Shown here one piece after another: positions 53,698 through 63,585 of a stretch of 64,000 nucleotides of DNA; position 1 is the first letter of the stretch, and the number at the start of each line of letters is the position of its first letter. A program made the position numbers and the translations under genes. Below the pieces are notes generated by a model, which saw nothing but the letters and a program-made list of their open reading frames with translations, was not told where the DNA came from and made no database searches. The stretch lies in contig QZJE01000013.1 in assembly GCA_003599235.1 (NCBI GenBank), forward strand, positions 78,536-142,535. The letters are read 5' to 3'. Source of the stretch: Actinomycetota bacterium (lineage in GTDB: Bacteria; Actinomycetota; Aquicultoria; SURF-47).

Positions 53698-56600
53698 CTA
53701 CCTTACAACCAACCAATTACCAGCTATATTATGCTGGTTGTTACCGGCTAGGTCAGTAGCATAGATATAGTAGCGGTATTTGCCTTTTCTAAGTTTTACT
53801 CTTAGCTTTTTAATGGAGATTTTATTAATGGGCTTGAGCCCTAGTCTTAGGACTTTAACTATTCTTTTGCCTCTTTTAATCTTGATTATTATTCTGGCCT
53901 TGTTGTTAGTATATGGATCTATTACTTTGTACCTAAGAGCAGCTAGCTTGCCCCGTTTAACCATTATTTTTCTAAGCGCTTTAGTCTTTGGCTTGTAGTT
54001 ATCTAGTTTTATGCTCTGAGACTGGATGCTGATATTGCCGGCATTGTCTACTGCTTTAATGGTTAAGTTGCATTCACCATTAAGCTTAGATGAGTTCCAA
54101 ATAAAAGAGCTAGAGGCAAGCGAGTAATAATTAGGACCAAAAGAGAAGCTGTGAATATCTTGATTGTTGCATTGTAGAGTTACTTCTTTTACTTTAGACA
54201 AACCATCACTAGAATTAACCCAGAGATCGATTAGTCCTTTGTATATCCTGTTGTCATCAATATTGCCTAAGCTTACCTGGGGAGCGGTGGTATCTATCAT
54301 TATCTTTTGATGGGTAGTCTCTGATGCATTGCCTTTGGTGTCTATGGCTTTTAGGTGAAAATACCAAATACCATCAGAGAGATTACTAAACTGCTTATTG
54401 CTAGCTGTTTGGTCTATTTCATTATCCGGATGTGTTGTCTCAACTTTATCTATTTCATAACTGTAACCGGCAACACCAGAATCATCAGATGAAGAGAAAC
54501 TAAATGAGGGGCTTCTGTCTGCATAATATCTTGAGCCTAATTGATGAGTGTTGCAGGTAACCTCTGGCTTTGCTGGTGGTGCGATATCAATTGCCGGCGG
54601 AGATGAAATCTCTTCGCTTGTACCTGTGGGAACATAGCTTGTGTCGTTAGTAATAAGTAGCTTATCTAGATAAGTGCTAGCTTCTCTTCCTCTAATAGTT
54701 AGGGTATGGGTACCAGTTGTTAGGTTAAAGAGTTTGGGATCATATTCAGGTGCTACAGGACTACCGGCGCCTCTTAAACAAACTCTATCCCAAGTCCAGT
54801 TAGATGAGTTCTCGGCTAGTAAAACATCCCAAACATCTTCCGGCAAACCATCTACTGTGATAAACACTGAGTCATTACCGGTTGTAGGGGCAATAACTCT
54901 GCCCCATATCAGATAATTACCCGCAGTTGTTACATTGAATTTGTAGATAGCCGTTCCTTGATTAGTTGTTGATGAGGATGTATAGCTTCCACCGGAGGCT
55001 AGAACATCGCTCCTTTCTGTCATGGGAGCTGCTAGAGCTCCATTTTCAGCCTCTAACCACAGATATTCATTATCACCCGATTGAACTGAGTTACTCACAT
55101 AAATGCTAATGGACTGTTCTGCTGTATTATTCGACGAATCATAAGCAACAACTTTTATAGTATGATTACCATTGGAAACAGAACTTGTGTCTAAGGCATA
55201 GCTGTATAGTGAAGAGGTGTCTTCTCCTGCTTTTATGCCGTCAACTAAAAACTCTACTTTTGATACTGCTGCGTCATCACTGGCATCAGCAATAATATCA
55301 ACTGTTCCAGAAACTTCTGCGTCACCAGTTGGATTAGTTATTGAAACCGTTGGGTTAGTTAAATCTGTAGTAGGTGTTCCCTGATATTCATACGCTCCAA
55401 TATCAACCGCTCCCACTCTGGGATTGCCGTCTTTGTCTTTATCCGGTGCCCCATCAGAGGTACCGGCATTGATTGCAGGTGAAGTTGCTTGGAGATGGAA
55501 ATCTCTAGCTAGGTAATCTGAATTATTAATATCTACAAATTTAGGATCTGCCCATATACTATGAGTTTGATTATGTGTTGTAGGAGTGCCACCTGGAACA
55601 TAAAACAAATTATAATCAACGTCAAAGAACTGATTTTGGTATGGGTCCCAACTGTCACCATAAAAAATATTATTTTTAAAAACGCCACTGGGATCTCCTG
55701 CATGAGAGGCCCAGCTTGCATCTCTAGTATCATAAATCCTTATTCCATATTGACCGTTGGCAAATACATTATTCATTACAGTCAAATCTTCGCCGCCCAT
55801 TCTGACATGGTAATTTCCGCCGCCTGAGAAAACATTTCCAATTAGTTTTAATCTGTCCACTTGTACATAGATTCCTAAATGTGAGCCGTCTTTGCCAGGA
55901 TTGCCTATAAACAAATTATTGCTGACTTCATTATCAGAAGCATACATTTGAATAGCGTCTGCGTGAGCAGGTGATATCGCATCAATATCGTGAAAGTAAT
56001 TATTCTGAATTATATTATTGGTTTCAGTGCTATCTATCCAAATGCCGTCTTCTACGTCATAGATTTCATTTCCTTCAATAATAAAGTTTGTGCAAACCCT
56101 CGACAGATCTACTCCTTTACCACTTGGGTGAGTAGTATCTGTTGCCGCTTCATAATTAGCTCGTCCAATTTTATTGTCTTTTACTAAGCAATTTGTGCTT
56201 TCTTGGAACTTAATAGAGAAAGCTCCGCCGGGACTTGGACCATCAGTATCATGGATATCATTGTTAACAATTTCCACTCCAGTGTGAGGGTTAGAATGAT
56301 AGGCGTACGAATTAGTAGTGATGGCAGCAGGATAGCAGTTTTTTATTTCAAACCCTTCGATTCGGATATAGCTGCTGTCTCCATCTAGATAGAAACCTCT
56401 ATTTGTTTTGTTATTATCAATTATTGGTTTTTCCCCGGGAAAATTCTTGAAAGTGATCATATTGCCAGGCGTTCCTGTCTTAGTTAGAGTGACTGTTTCA
56501 CTATAAGTTCCACCTCTTACATAAACAGTTTTTCCAGCGGTAGCAACATCAGCACCTTTTTGGATGGTGCGGTAAGGATTCGTTGTTGTGCCATCACCGG

Positions 56601-59600
56601 TTGTATCATTACCGGTAGTAGAGACATAAATTGCATTAGGGTCTGAGCCTTGATATTCATAAGCTCCGATAGTTGGCGGGTCAGAACGAGTATTGCCTTC
56701 GTAGTCAGCTGTTACTCCACTAATAGCGATACCGGCTCCGATAAGAGGACTGCCAGACAACGGTTTGAAATTTGAATCTATTAAAGGATCAACATTCCAT
56801 TGGTTATACGTACCTGCAGCATAAACAGCGTCTGGGCTACTGGTACATGGCCAAGCAAGATTATAATCAGTCGTCCAATTACTTATTCCGCCCGCATCCA
56901 TAAACGGTTTATGCACTGATGACCACCCGGGCTGATTGCCGTTTCTAATGAGAACATTATTCTTGGCTGTAACTGTTGCCGGACCATTAGTTGCGTATGT
57001 GTTAATAGCTGAATTTGCCACATTATGCAGGTAATTATTGTAGACTTCCACTGTGCCGGAAGTTACGGTTATAGAGCCGGCTGCCTCTTCGATAACATTA
57101 TTGCGAATAATATAGGAAATTGTCTTACCGGTAGCTTGCGCTAACATTGCAAATGCGCCATTAAAATCGTACATGTGGTTATTTTCAATAATGCCACCGC
57201 CATCTCCACCTAAGGCTTGCTGCAGGCAATCCATGTGGGGACTGCCCCCAGTCCCGGTATTTTCACTATCGAGATAATCGTGAAATGTATTGTTGGCTAT
57301 ATAAACACTCTCCCCGGAGTTATCAATGGCATCAGTATCCTCTACAAAGGCACTATTTACTATAGATTGACCGTGACTGAAATCGCAATTGGTAACAGTG
57401 CCATTATCTCCCCATATTTCCAGCGCATCAGAGTAATTATAAGAAAAAGTACAGCCGGTTACAGTGAGGTTAGAGACGTTTTGTGCAGATGATACATTGC
57501 TAGATCTAACACCTCCCTTGGGGCAGTGATGAATGTTGCAGTTTTTAATAGTTACGTAAGCGCCATTCAGAGCTATTCCGGCATCAGCATTGACCTGTGA
57601 TATACGTCTGGTTGCTTGAATATCAAAACCGTCGATTGTAATACGGTCGCATGGAATACTTGTTCTGCCGATAAGAAAACCTTTTGTTAATGGCATCCCC
57701 ACACCCTTAAAGGTTATTCCTTGCGTCAAACCGGATTTGAGTAAAGCAACCCGTCCTGCGTAAGCTGAATCTCCATTGCAGGGATAAGTTGTAGGTGCCG
57801 GGTCGTCCCTATAGTCCCCGGGACCAACTTGAATAGTATCGCCGTCTTGAACAACCCCTGCCTCTATTGCATAAGCTGCTTTTTGGATGGTTAGAAATGG
57901 CTCGGCCTCCGTGCCTGGGTTAGAATCAGAACCTGTTTTGGCTACATAGTAAGTCTTTGGTTGATACTCGAAGGCCCCTATGTCGGGTGCTCCAACTCTC
58001 TCATTACTGTCTTTATCAGTTGCTGGGGTATTAGCATCAGAGATGCCAGCATTAATAGCCGGAGAAGTTGCTCCAATATGATAGTTTTTGGCACTGGTAC
58101 TTACAAATTTAGGATCTAAATTCCAAACCTTATGTGCTTCTTGTTGCGACATTAAGGGTGGATTGGATAAATCAACCGGATAGTAAAGATTATTGTCTGC
58201 CTCTTGAATAAAACTTTGATTTATAGTGTAGGGCAGATGACCGCCATTGTTGAAAACCTCTCCGTTGTTCTTATAAAAAATATTATTCTTTATTACCGCA
58301 TGGTCGCAGGGATGACCAACAGCATTGCTGCCATTATCCCACTCTGCAATATAGATATCTGAAACTTTTGCATTAATAAACGTGTTGTTAACGAACGTCA
58401 GATAAGGCACATTGTATATCGTAAACCCATTATAAATTTCACTAATAGCTCCCTCAAAGACATTATTTCTAAAAGTAAGGTGATCTACATGGTGCTCAAT
58501 GTCCTGCCAATCCTTATATCCTCCAGTTATCTGAGCCCATTGAACTTGAGCATCATGGACATAATTTCCTTCAAAGATAATATTGCTTGCATCAGAAAAA
58601 GTTTGAAAAGCGTCTATGTGGGGTGCAGAATCGGGATTGTCAGACAACCAATAATCGTGGATGTTCTCATTTCTAATAATATGCCCTGTTCCTGAAAAGC
58701 GGTGAGCATCAGTATCTGAGCTGTTAACAGCTTGGCCTTGATACTTAACACGCCCATGAGAAAGATCGTTTCCTTCTACTAGCCAATTACTCCCGCCAAC
58801 CTCAATAGCAGAGTTGCAATGGTTTGTGATTGTATTATTCTTGATAATATTTCCGACAGGTTCGTTTGAACAATCATACATTGCTCCAATACCATTCCAA
58901 CGAATATCGTGAATATAGTTGTTTTCAATAACGTTATTACTTCCGTTGATTGTAATGCCCCACCGATCATAATAATCTGGAGGTGTTTGGGTAATTTCAA
59001 AACCTTTAATTTTGATATATGAAGTTAATGCACTCCGGGTTGGGCCTATAGTGAAACCTTGAGTAACAGGCTTATCGTCACCAGGAAATCCCTCAAAAGT
59101 AATATAGTTTTCAGCCTGACCCGATACACTTAACTTAATCCTCTCATTATAAGTCCCTTCTTTCACATAAACAGTATCTCCAGCTTGGGCTACGTTAGCT
59201 GCTTTTTGAATTGTCAGCCAGGGTTGGCTTTGCGTGCCTGGGTTAGAATCAGAGCCTGTTTTGGCGACATAATAAGTAGCTGGTATTCGATTAACAGTGA
59301 CAGTTACAGCATTGCTTTCTATTCCATTAGCAGAAGCTTTAACATCGTAATTATCAGGAACTATGTTATTAAACAGCCCAAACTCGTTGGCGCCTGACCA
59401 GGTAAAGGTAATCCCAGGTATTTCATTATCTGAAACATCATAACCTTTAGCACTAAATAAAATGGTATCTCCAGAATCAATAGTCTGAGGAGCTGATGGT
59501 GTTATTTCTATATGGTTGAGAATAGGTGACGGATTAAGAACCTCATTAACGGTTTTTACTTCTATCTCAGGATGGTTATTCTTGATTTCTGAGACAATAC

Positions 59601-62600
59601 TTTGAAAAGTAGCCACTTTAGCGACATCATCTGGAGCTTCGTGCTGGAATATCAACCAGCCACCATTGGCCTCAATTTCCGCCAATTTAGTCTGGACCGT
59701 GCCAAGAGAAGCGTAGGTAAGACCAGTTATTTTGAGATTATATTTATTGTTAACAGGAAACGTGTTAGTGCCGTAACTGCAAACGTTATAATCATGATTG
59801 CTTTGTACAATAGCATTAAGCGCATCTATATCAAGGGCATTAACATGAGAGAAGCCTAGGTTTGAAAAACCATTAGCAACTAGCCAATTTTTAGCCTCTT
59901 CTACTTGAAATTGATAATTAGCTACTCCCCCCGATAGGTTATTAGCTGAATGAGAGCCAATTTCCCAACCAGCAGCCTGTAATGTTTGCAGATTGGTAGT
60001 GCTTAGCCTGGTTGAGGTAGAATTAATAAGAGCCGTATCTACGTAGGTTACACCTTTGTAGCCGGCTGCGCTTAAAATGGGATAATAATCATCTATCTGA
60101 GCTTTATTGTTATCAGTGAAAGTAAAAGAAACTACCGGCTTATCCGAGGTAGCTCCACCACTACTACTGTTATTTACAGTCACCGTAATGGCTGATGTTT
60201 CAGTGGCATTGCCCGCAATGTCATAAGCTTTAGCTTTGATAGTATGACTTCCGTTAGTAGCAGTTGAGGAATTCCAGCTATAGCTATATGGAGAAGCGTT
60301 ATCGGAATTGGCTACACTGTCATCTATTAAGAACTCTACTTTTTCTACTCCTGAGCCACCATCATTATCAGCGGCTGTAGCGCTTAAACTAACGCTACCT
60401 GAGACTGTTGCTGCATCAGAAGGCGCAGTTAAAGTTACTGTTGGGTTAATAGCCTCTTGTGAAGAACTACCAGACTGTTTTTCTCCGGTTACTACCTCCA
60501 ACACTGTTTTTACCGGAATTCCTTTAGCTTTAACCTTAGCTATTACTTCTTCAAAAATTTCTACCTTATCAGCTGTGTGAGCATCATCCATCCACCCGTG
60601 ATCAGCAAAGATAATCCACTTTTTTTGTTCTGTAGCATTTGTTAAATAAGTTTCAATATTGTTCATCTTTTGCAATCTTGCTGCTTCATTATTTGCTTGC
60701 TTAATCGGATCAGGATCAGGCGGATTTGTAGATGTAATATCTATTCCTACAGCACCAAGGTTATAAGAATCTGTTACTGGTAGACTGTTATACACAGTAG
60801 AAACTTTACGATTATAGGGATGATAACTCTCAACAAGAGGATCTAGTACTTCGTTAGTTCTAGTAAAGGGAGCCGCAAATCCAGGATTGGAAAATCCTTT
60901 AGAAATTAACCAATCTTTAGCATCGCTAATAGTCGGCAAATAATCCTCGGCAGTATAGGATCTATCATCACCATTGGCGTCTTTTAATGCAGGCCAGTGG
61001 TTGGTAGTATGGGAACTTATTTCCCAGCCAGCGGTCTTCATTTGGTTAAGCTGGCTCAAACTTAATTTATCGCTATTACCTACACTGCCGGTAATAGCAT
61101 AGACTACCCCCGGGTAATTCTCGGCATTAAGTGCCGGAAAATAATTGTATTGCTCTTTATTTGAATCATCAAAAGTAAAAGAGACAATTGGGCCGTTTTG
61201 GACAATAAGCGATACAGAGTCCTCGGCACTGTTTCCAGACTTGTCATAGGCCTTAATTTTAATAATATGCTTTTTGGCCGTATCGACAGTTGTAGAATCC
61301 CAAGTAAAGCTGTACGGCTTAGATATGTCGGTATCTTTTAATTCATCATTAACATATAGCTCTGCCTTATCTAGCTCGGAGTCTCCCTCATTATCGCTTG
61401 CATCAGCGTTGATAGTGACATTGCCGGCAACCGGCGCATTATCAGCCGGGCTTGTTATAGAAACTGCAGGGTCAATGGTATCAGCAGCTGTGTAGTCTGA
61501 TATATCAATAACCGCCATGCTCATTGGCGGCATAGAAACAGAAAAAGAACCACCACTAATACTAGCACTTGAGCTTATCGGAGTCTGAGTAGAAAGAGCG
61601 CTCCAATCATTGTATGAGTTTATATTGGCTGTTCCATTCTTTACTCCATCCAGATTAACGGTTATATTATGAATATTGCTAACGCTCTTGTTTAGTAACA
61701 ATATTTTATAGTTACCAGCAGTGTCTTTTGTTGCTAAGCTCTCAACTCTTTTAGCCTTGCCAAGTAATGTGGGATGAGTCTCTTGACCCCCAGAACTTTG
61801 ATATAAAACACTTGGCTTATCATCTGTTGTCACATTGGATGATAAAACCTGACGGCTAGAAGAATTGAAGCTACTTAAAACCTTCATGGCATATCCCATG
61901 GAAGTTATTTGACGAGTTGGCGAAATTAGCTCATCTGTATCAGAGCCGGCGAAGATATCCCAAAATGTATTGGCTTTAACTCCTACATTGGCGGTTTTAG
62001 AAATAACACTGGTGAAATAAATTGCCTTCCAAATATCAGTAGAGTTAGGCTCTTGATTAGTATTTGTGGGATAATGATACTGGCCTAAACCATCGTAGTT
62101 AAACTCGGTACACAAAAGATCAATATTAGGTTTGCCAAAATCAGCAAGTTTTTGCTGAACAGTATATGGTTCTTGGCCCTCCCATTTATAAGTGCCATCA
62201 TATTTATAAGTAGAATCCACTATTGCTTGCTTAGCTTGATCATCATTAGTAATCCCAGAAAAATTCCTAGGACTTCCTCCGAAACTGTACGCATGATAGG
62301 CAAAGAAGTCAGCGTTATATGAGGGATTAGAATAAATTGTCGAGTATGGTTCATACCCATACTCTTGAACTCCGATAGCTTTAGACCCTTGGCCAGCTGG
62401 AAAAGGGCCTACTTTTATATCGGGGGTAAGAGATTTTATGGCTTCATATGCTTTTTTATAGAGATTTTTGTAAAGCGTCATATCTTCAGCAATGTCCCTT
62501 ATATATAAATAATCACCAAATCCACTTACATTTGCAGTTTCATTAAATGCTATCGATTGAGTAGTTTGATCTGCGATATAATTTGAATACCTTGTTGAGC

Positions 62601-63426
62601 CCGTAGGAAAAGTTGGTTTGATAGCAACCGCTGACCATTCCGTATAATTATTAATCTCGGTTACCACTTGACCATAACTTCGAGAAGAACCATCAGAGTT
62701 GAGTAAATTGACTGTATGTTCAACTTGCCAGCCAGAGCTATTACGTTCTAAGTAAAGGTAATCGCCCTCTACTCTTACTCTTCTACTATAGCTTGCATCT
62801 TCATTGGTTACTGTAAAATGAGGATTAACATTATTATTCGTTAAGGGTTTATAAAAAACAGGCGGCCTTTGGATGCCTTCCATAGGAGCAATGTCTATTT
62901 CGTTGCCAATTTCGACATATTTTACGTTCACTCCCTGATCGACCAGATATTTGATTAAATTAGACCAAGCATAAGCTACTTCATCTAGGTTTAGTGATCC
63001 GTCAGGATTTAACATGGCCGTACTAATCTCGTCATTTAAGGTATAGAGAATCGGCATGTTAAGATCTTTCCACCAAGCAATCTGGTTATTTATCGATCCT
63101 TCAGTCCCTGTATCCCAATTCCAAACGCCATGAGCCGGATAAAGCTCTTCCATATTAATGCGTACTTTTTGACCATGGCCAGCCCGCATTAATGACAACC
63201 CTGCCTGGTTAATAAGAGCATTATTTTCATCTTTTGGCCAAAAGCTTCCTGCCCCCCAAGGGGAAAGATTTCCACCCAAAAGATCATTGCTAAAAGTGCT
63301 GACAACAGTATTAGAGATGTTGACTGTCGATGTTTGGATATCAGCATTTGAGTGAGCAATAAAAAGGTAAGATAAAGAATTAGTTAAAAGAGCACCTATT
63401 AAGAAGATGCAGATGAATACCACCAA
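53698..63426 (-). CDS. Giant secreted multidomain carbohydrate-active protein (3242 aa): GH clan-A-like barrel, 2 CE4-like modules, Big_2, 3 right-handed beta-helix cassettes, CBM-like, several Ig-like modules, hyper-basic C-terminal module
   Basis: Single uninterrupted ORF. VEIGNE ... LLCTEFNY (GH-A-like). SFTFDDS/SHTTNH and SFTFTDN/SHSANN (NodB-like). Three cassettes each open with (Y/I)YV(A/S).TG.D and close with GN.R....(D/T)IGA(Y/F)EYQ. EYLWLEAENG CBM-like module. GYSYEID...DGIWYFHLKAIDTKGNAS. By homology to the paralog the real start is probably ATA/ATC at 63474/63477. Confidence 0.8.
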   Translation of the reverse strand: MVVFICIFLIGALLTNSLSYLFIAHSNADIQTSTVNISNTVVSTFSNDLLGGNLSPWGAGSFWPKDENNALINQAGLSLMRAGHGQKVRINMEELYPAHGVWNWDTGTEGSINNQIAWWKDLNMPILYTLNDEISTAMLNPDGSLNLDEVAYAWSNLIKYLVDQGVNVKYVEIGNEIDIAPMEGIQRPPVFYKPLTNNNVNPHFTVTNEDASYSRRVRVEGDYLYLERNSSGWQVEHTVNLLNSDGSSRSYGQVVTEINNYTEWSAVAIKPTFPTGSTRYSNYIADQTTQSIAFNETANVSGFGDYLYIRDIAEDMTLYKNLYKKAYEAIKSLTPDIKVGPFPAGQGSKAIGVQEYGYEPYSTIYSNPSYNADFFAYHAYSFGGSPRNFSGITNDDQAKQAIVDSTYKYDGTYKWEGQEPYTVQQKLADFGKPNIDLLCTEFNYDGLGQYHYPTNTNQEPNSTDIWKAIYFTSVISKTANVGVKANTFWDIFAGSDTDELISPTRQITSMGYAMKVLSSFNSSSRQVLSSNVTTDDKPSVLYQSSGGQETHPTLLGKAKRVESLATKDTAGNYKILLLNKSVSNIHNITVNLDGVKNGTANINSYNDWSALSTQTPISSSASISGGSFSVSMPPMSMAVIDISDYTAADTIDPAVSITSPADNAPVAGNVTINADASDNEGDSELDKAELYVNDELKDTDISKPYSFTWDSTTVDTAKKHIIKIKAYDKSGNSAEDSVSLIVQNGPIVSFTFDDSNKEQYNYFPALNAENYPGVVYAITGSVGNSDKLSLSQLNQMKTAGWEISSHTTNHWPALKDANGDDRSYTAEDYLPTISDAKDWLISKGFSNPGFAAPFTRTNEVLDPLVESYHPYNRKVSTVYNSLPVTDSYNLGAVGIDITSTNPPDPDPIKQANNEAARLQKMNNIETYLTNATEQKKWIIFADHGWMDDAHTADKVEIFEEVIAKVKAKGIPVKTVLEVVTGEKQSGSSSQEAINPTVTLTAPSDAATVSGSVSLSATAADNDGGSGVEKVEFLIDDSVANSDNASPYSYSWNSSTATNGSHTIKAKAYDIAGNATETSAITVTVNNSSSGGATSDKPVVSFTFTDNNKAQIDDYYPILSAAGYKGVTYVDTALINSTSTRLSTTNLQTLQAAGWEIGSHSANNLSGGVANYQFQVEEAKNWLVANGFSNLGFSHVNALDIDALNAIVQSNHDYNVCSYGTNTFPVNNKYNLKITGLTYASLGTVQTKLAEIEANGGWLIFQHEAPDDVAKVATFQSIVSEIKNNHPEIEVKTVNEVLNPSPILNHIEITPSAPQTIDSGDTILFSAKGYDVSDNEIPGITFTWSGANEFGLFNNIVPDNYDVKASANGIESNAVTVTVNRIPATYYVAKTGSDSNPGTQSQPWLTIQKAANVAQAGDTVYVKEGTYNERIKLSVSGQAENYITFEGFPGDDKPVTQGFTIGPTRSALTSYIKIKGFEITQTPPDYYDRWGITINGSNNVIENNYIHDIRWNGIGAMYDCSNEPVGNIIKNNTITNHCNSAIEVGGSNWLVEGNDLSHGRVKYQGQAVNSSDTDAHRFSGTGHIIRNENIHDYWLSDNPDSAPHIDAFQTFSDASNIIFEGNYVHDAQVQWAQITGGYKDWQDIEHHVDHLTFRNNVFEGAISEIYNGFTIYNVPYLTFVNNTFINAKVSDIYIAEWDNGSNAVGHPCDHAVIKNNIFYKNNGEVFNNGGHLPYTINQSFIQEADNNLYYPVDLSNPPLMSQQEAHKVWNLDPKFVSTSAKNYHIGATSPAINAGISDANTPATDKDSNERVGAPDIGAFEYQPKTYYVAKTGSDSNPGTEAEPFLTIQKAAYAIEAGVVQDGDTIQVGPGDYRDDPAPTTYPCNGDSAYAGRVALLKSGLTQGITFKGVGMPLTKGFLIGRTSIPCDRITIDGFDIQATRRISQVNADAGIALNGAYVTIKNCNIHHCPKGGVRSSNVSSAQNVSNLTVTGCTFSYNYSDALEIWGDNGTVTNCDFSHGQSIVNSAFVEDTDAIDNSGESVYIANNTFHDYLDSENTGTGGSPHMDCLQQALGGDGGGIIENNHMYDFNGAFAMLAQATGKTISYIIRNNVIEEAAGSITVTSGTVEVYNNYLHNVANSAINTYATNGPATVTAKNNVLIRNGNQPGWSSVHKPFMDAGGISNWTTDYNLAWPCTSSPDAVYAAGTYNQWNVDPLIDSNFKPLSGSPLIGAGIAISGVTADYEGNTRSDPPTIGAYEYQGSDPNAIYVSTTGNDTTGDGTTTNPYRTIQKGADVATAGKTVYVRGGTYSETVTLTKTGTPGNMITFKNFPGEKPIIDNNKTNRGFYLDGDSSYIRIEGFEIKNCYPAAITTNSYAYHSNPHTGVEIVNNDIHDTDGPSPGGAFSIKFQESTNCLVKDNKIGRANYEAATDTTHPSGKGVDLSRVCTNFIIEGNEIYDVEDGIWIDSTETNNIIQNNYFHDIDAISPAHADAIQMYASDNEVSNNLFIGNPGKDGSHLGIYVQVDRLKLIGNVFSGGGNYHVRMGGEDLTVMNNVFANGQYGIRIYDTRDASWASHAGDPSGVFKNNIFYGDSWDPYQNQFFDVDYNLFYVPGGTPTTHNQTHSIWADPKFVDINNSDYLARDFHLQATSPAINAGTSDGAPDKDKDGNPRVGAVDIGAYEYQGTPTTDLTNPTVSITNPTGDAEVSGTVDIIADASDDAAVSKVEFLVDGIKAGEDTSSLYSYALDTSSVSNGNHTIKVVAYDSSNNTAEQSISIYVSNSVQSGDNEYLWLEAENGALAAPMTERSDVLASGGSYTSSSTTNQGTAIYKFNVTTAGNYLIWGRVIAPTTGNDSVFITVDGLPEDVWDVLLAENSSNWTWDRVCLRGAGSPVAPEYDPKLFNLTTGTHTLTIRGREASTYLDKLLITNDTSYVPTGTSEEISSPPAIDIAPPAKPEVTCNTHQLGSRYYADRSPSFSFSSSDDSGVAGYSYEIDKVETTHPDNEIDQTASNKQFSNLSDGIWYFHLKAIDTKGNASETTHQKIMIDTTAPQVSLGNIDDNRIYKGLIDLWVNSSDGLSKVKEVTLQCNNQDIHSFSFGPNYYSLASSSFIWNSSKLNGECNLTIKAVDNAGNISIQSQSIKLDNYKPKTKALRKIMVKRGKLAALRYKVIDPYTNNKARIIIKIKRGKRIVKVLRLGLKPINKISIKKLRVKLRKGKYRYYIYATDLAGNNQHNIAGNWLVVR

Positions 63427-63585
63427 TAAATGAATTTCTTTAACTGTCTTTCTTTGCTCTAATACAGAAAATATGATCGGCTCCTTTTATTTACTAACCC
63501 TTTGCTTTACTATCGGCAAATAACTATCAATTCTTAAAAATAAGCTAGCCGGATAATTAAGCGCCCACACTTTCATCTATCTTTA

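Noticed and set aside
49228-63426. Diversity-generating retroelement or phase-variable target in the repeated beta-helix and Ig cassettes of the giant genes.
   Set aside because: There is no reverse transcriptase, no template/variable repeat pair with adenine-specific differences, and no invertible promoter or simple-sequence tract. The cassette copies are diverged at the protein level throughout.
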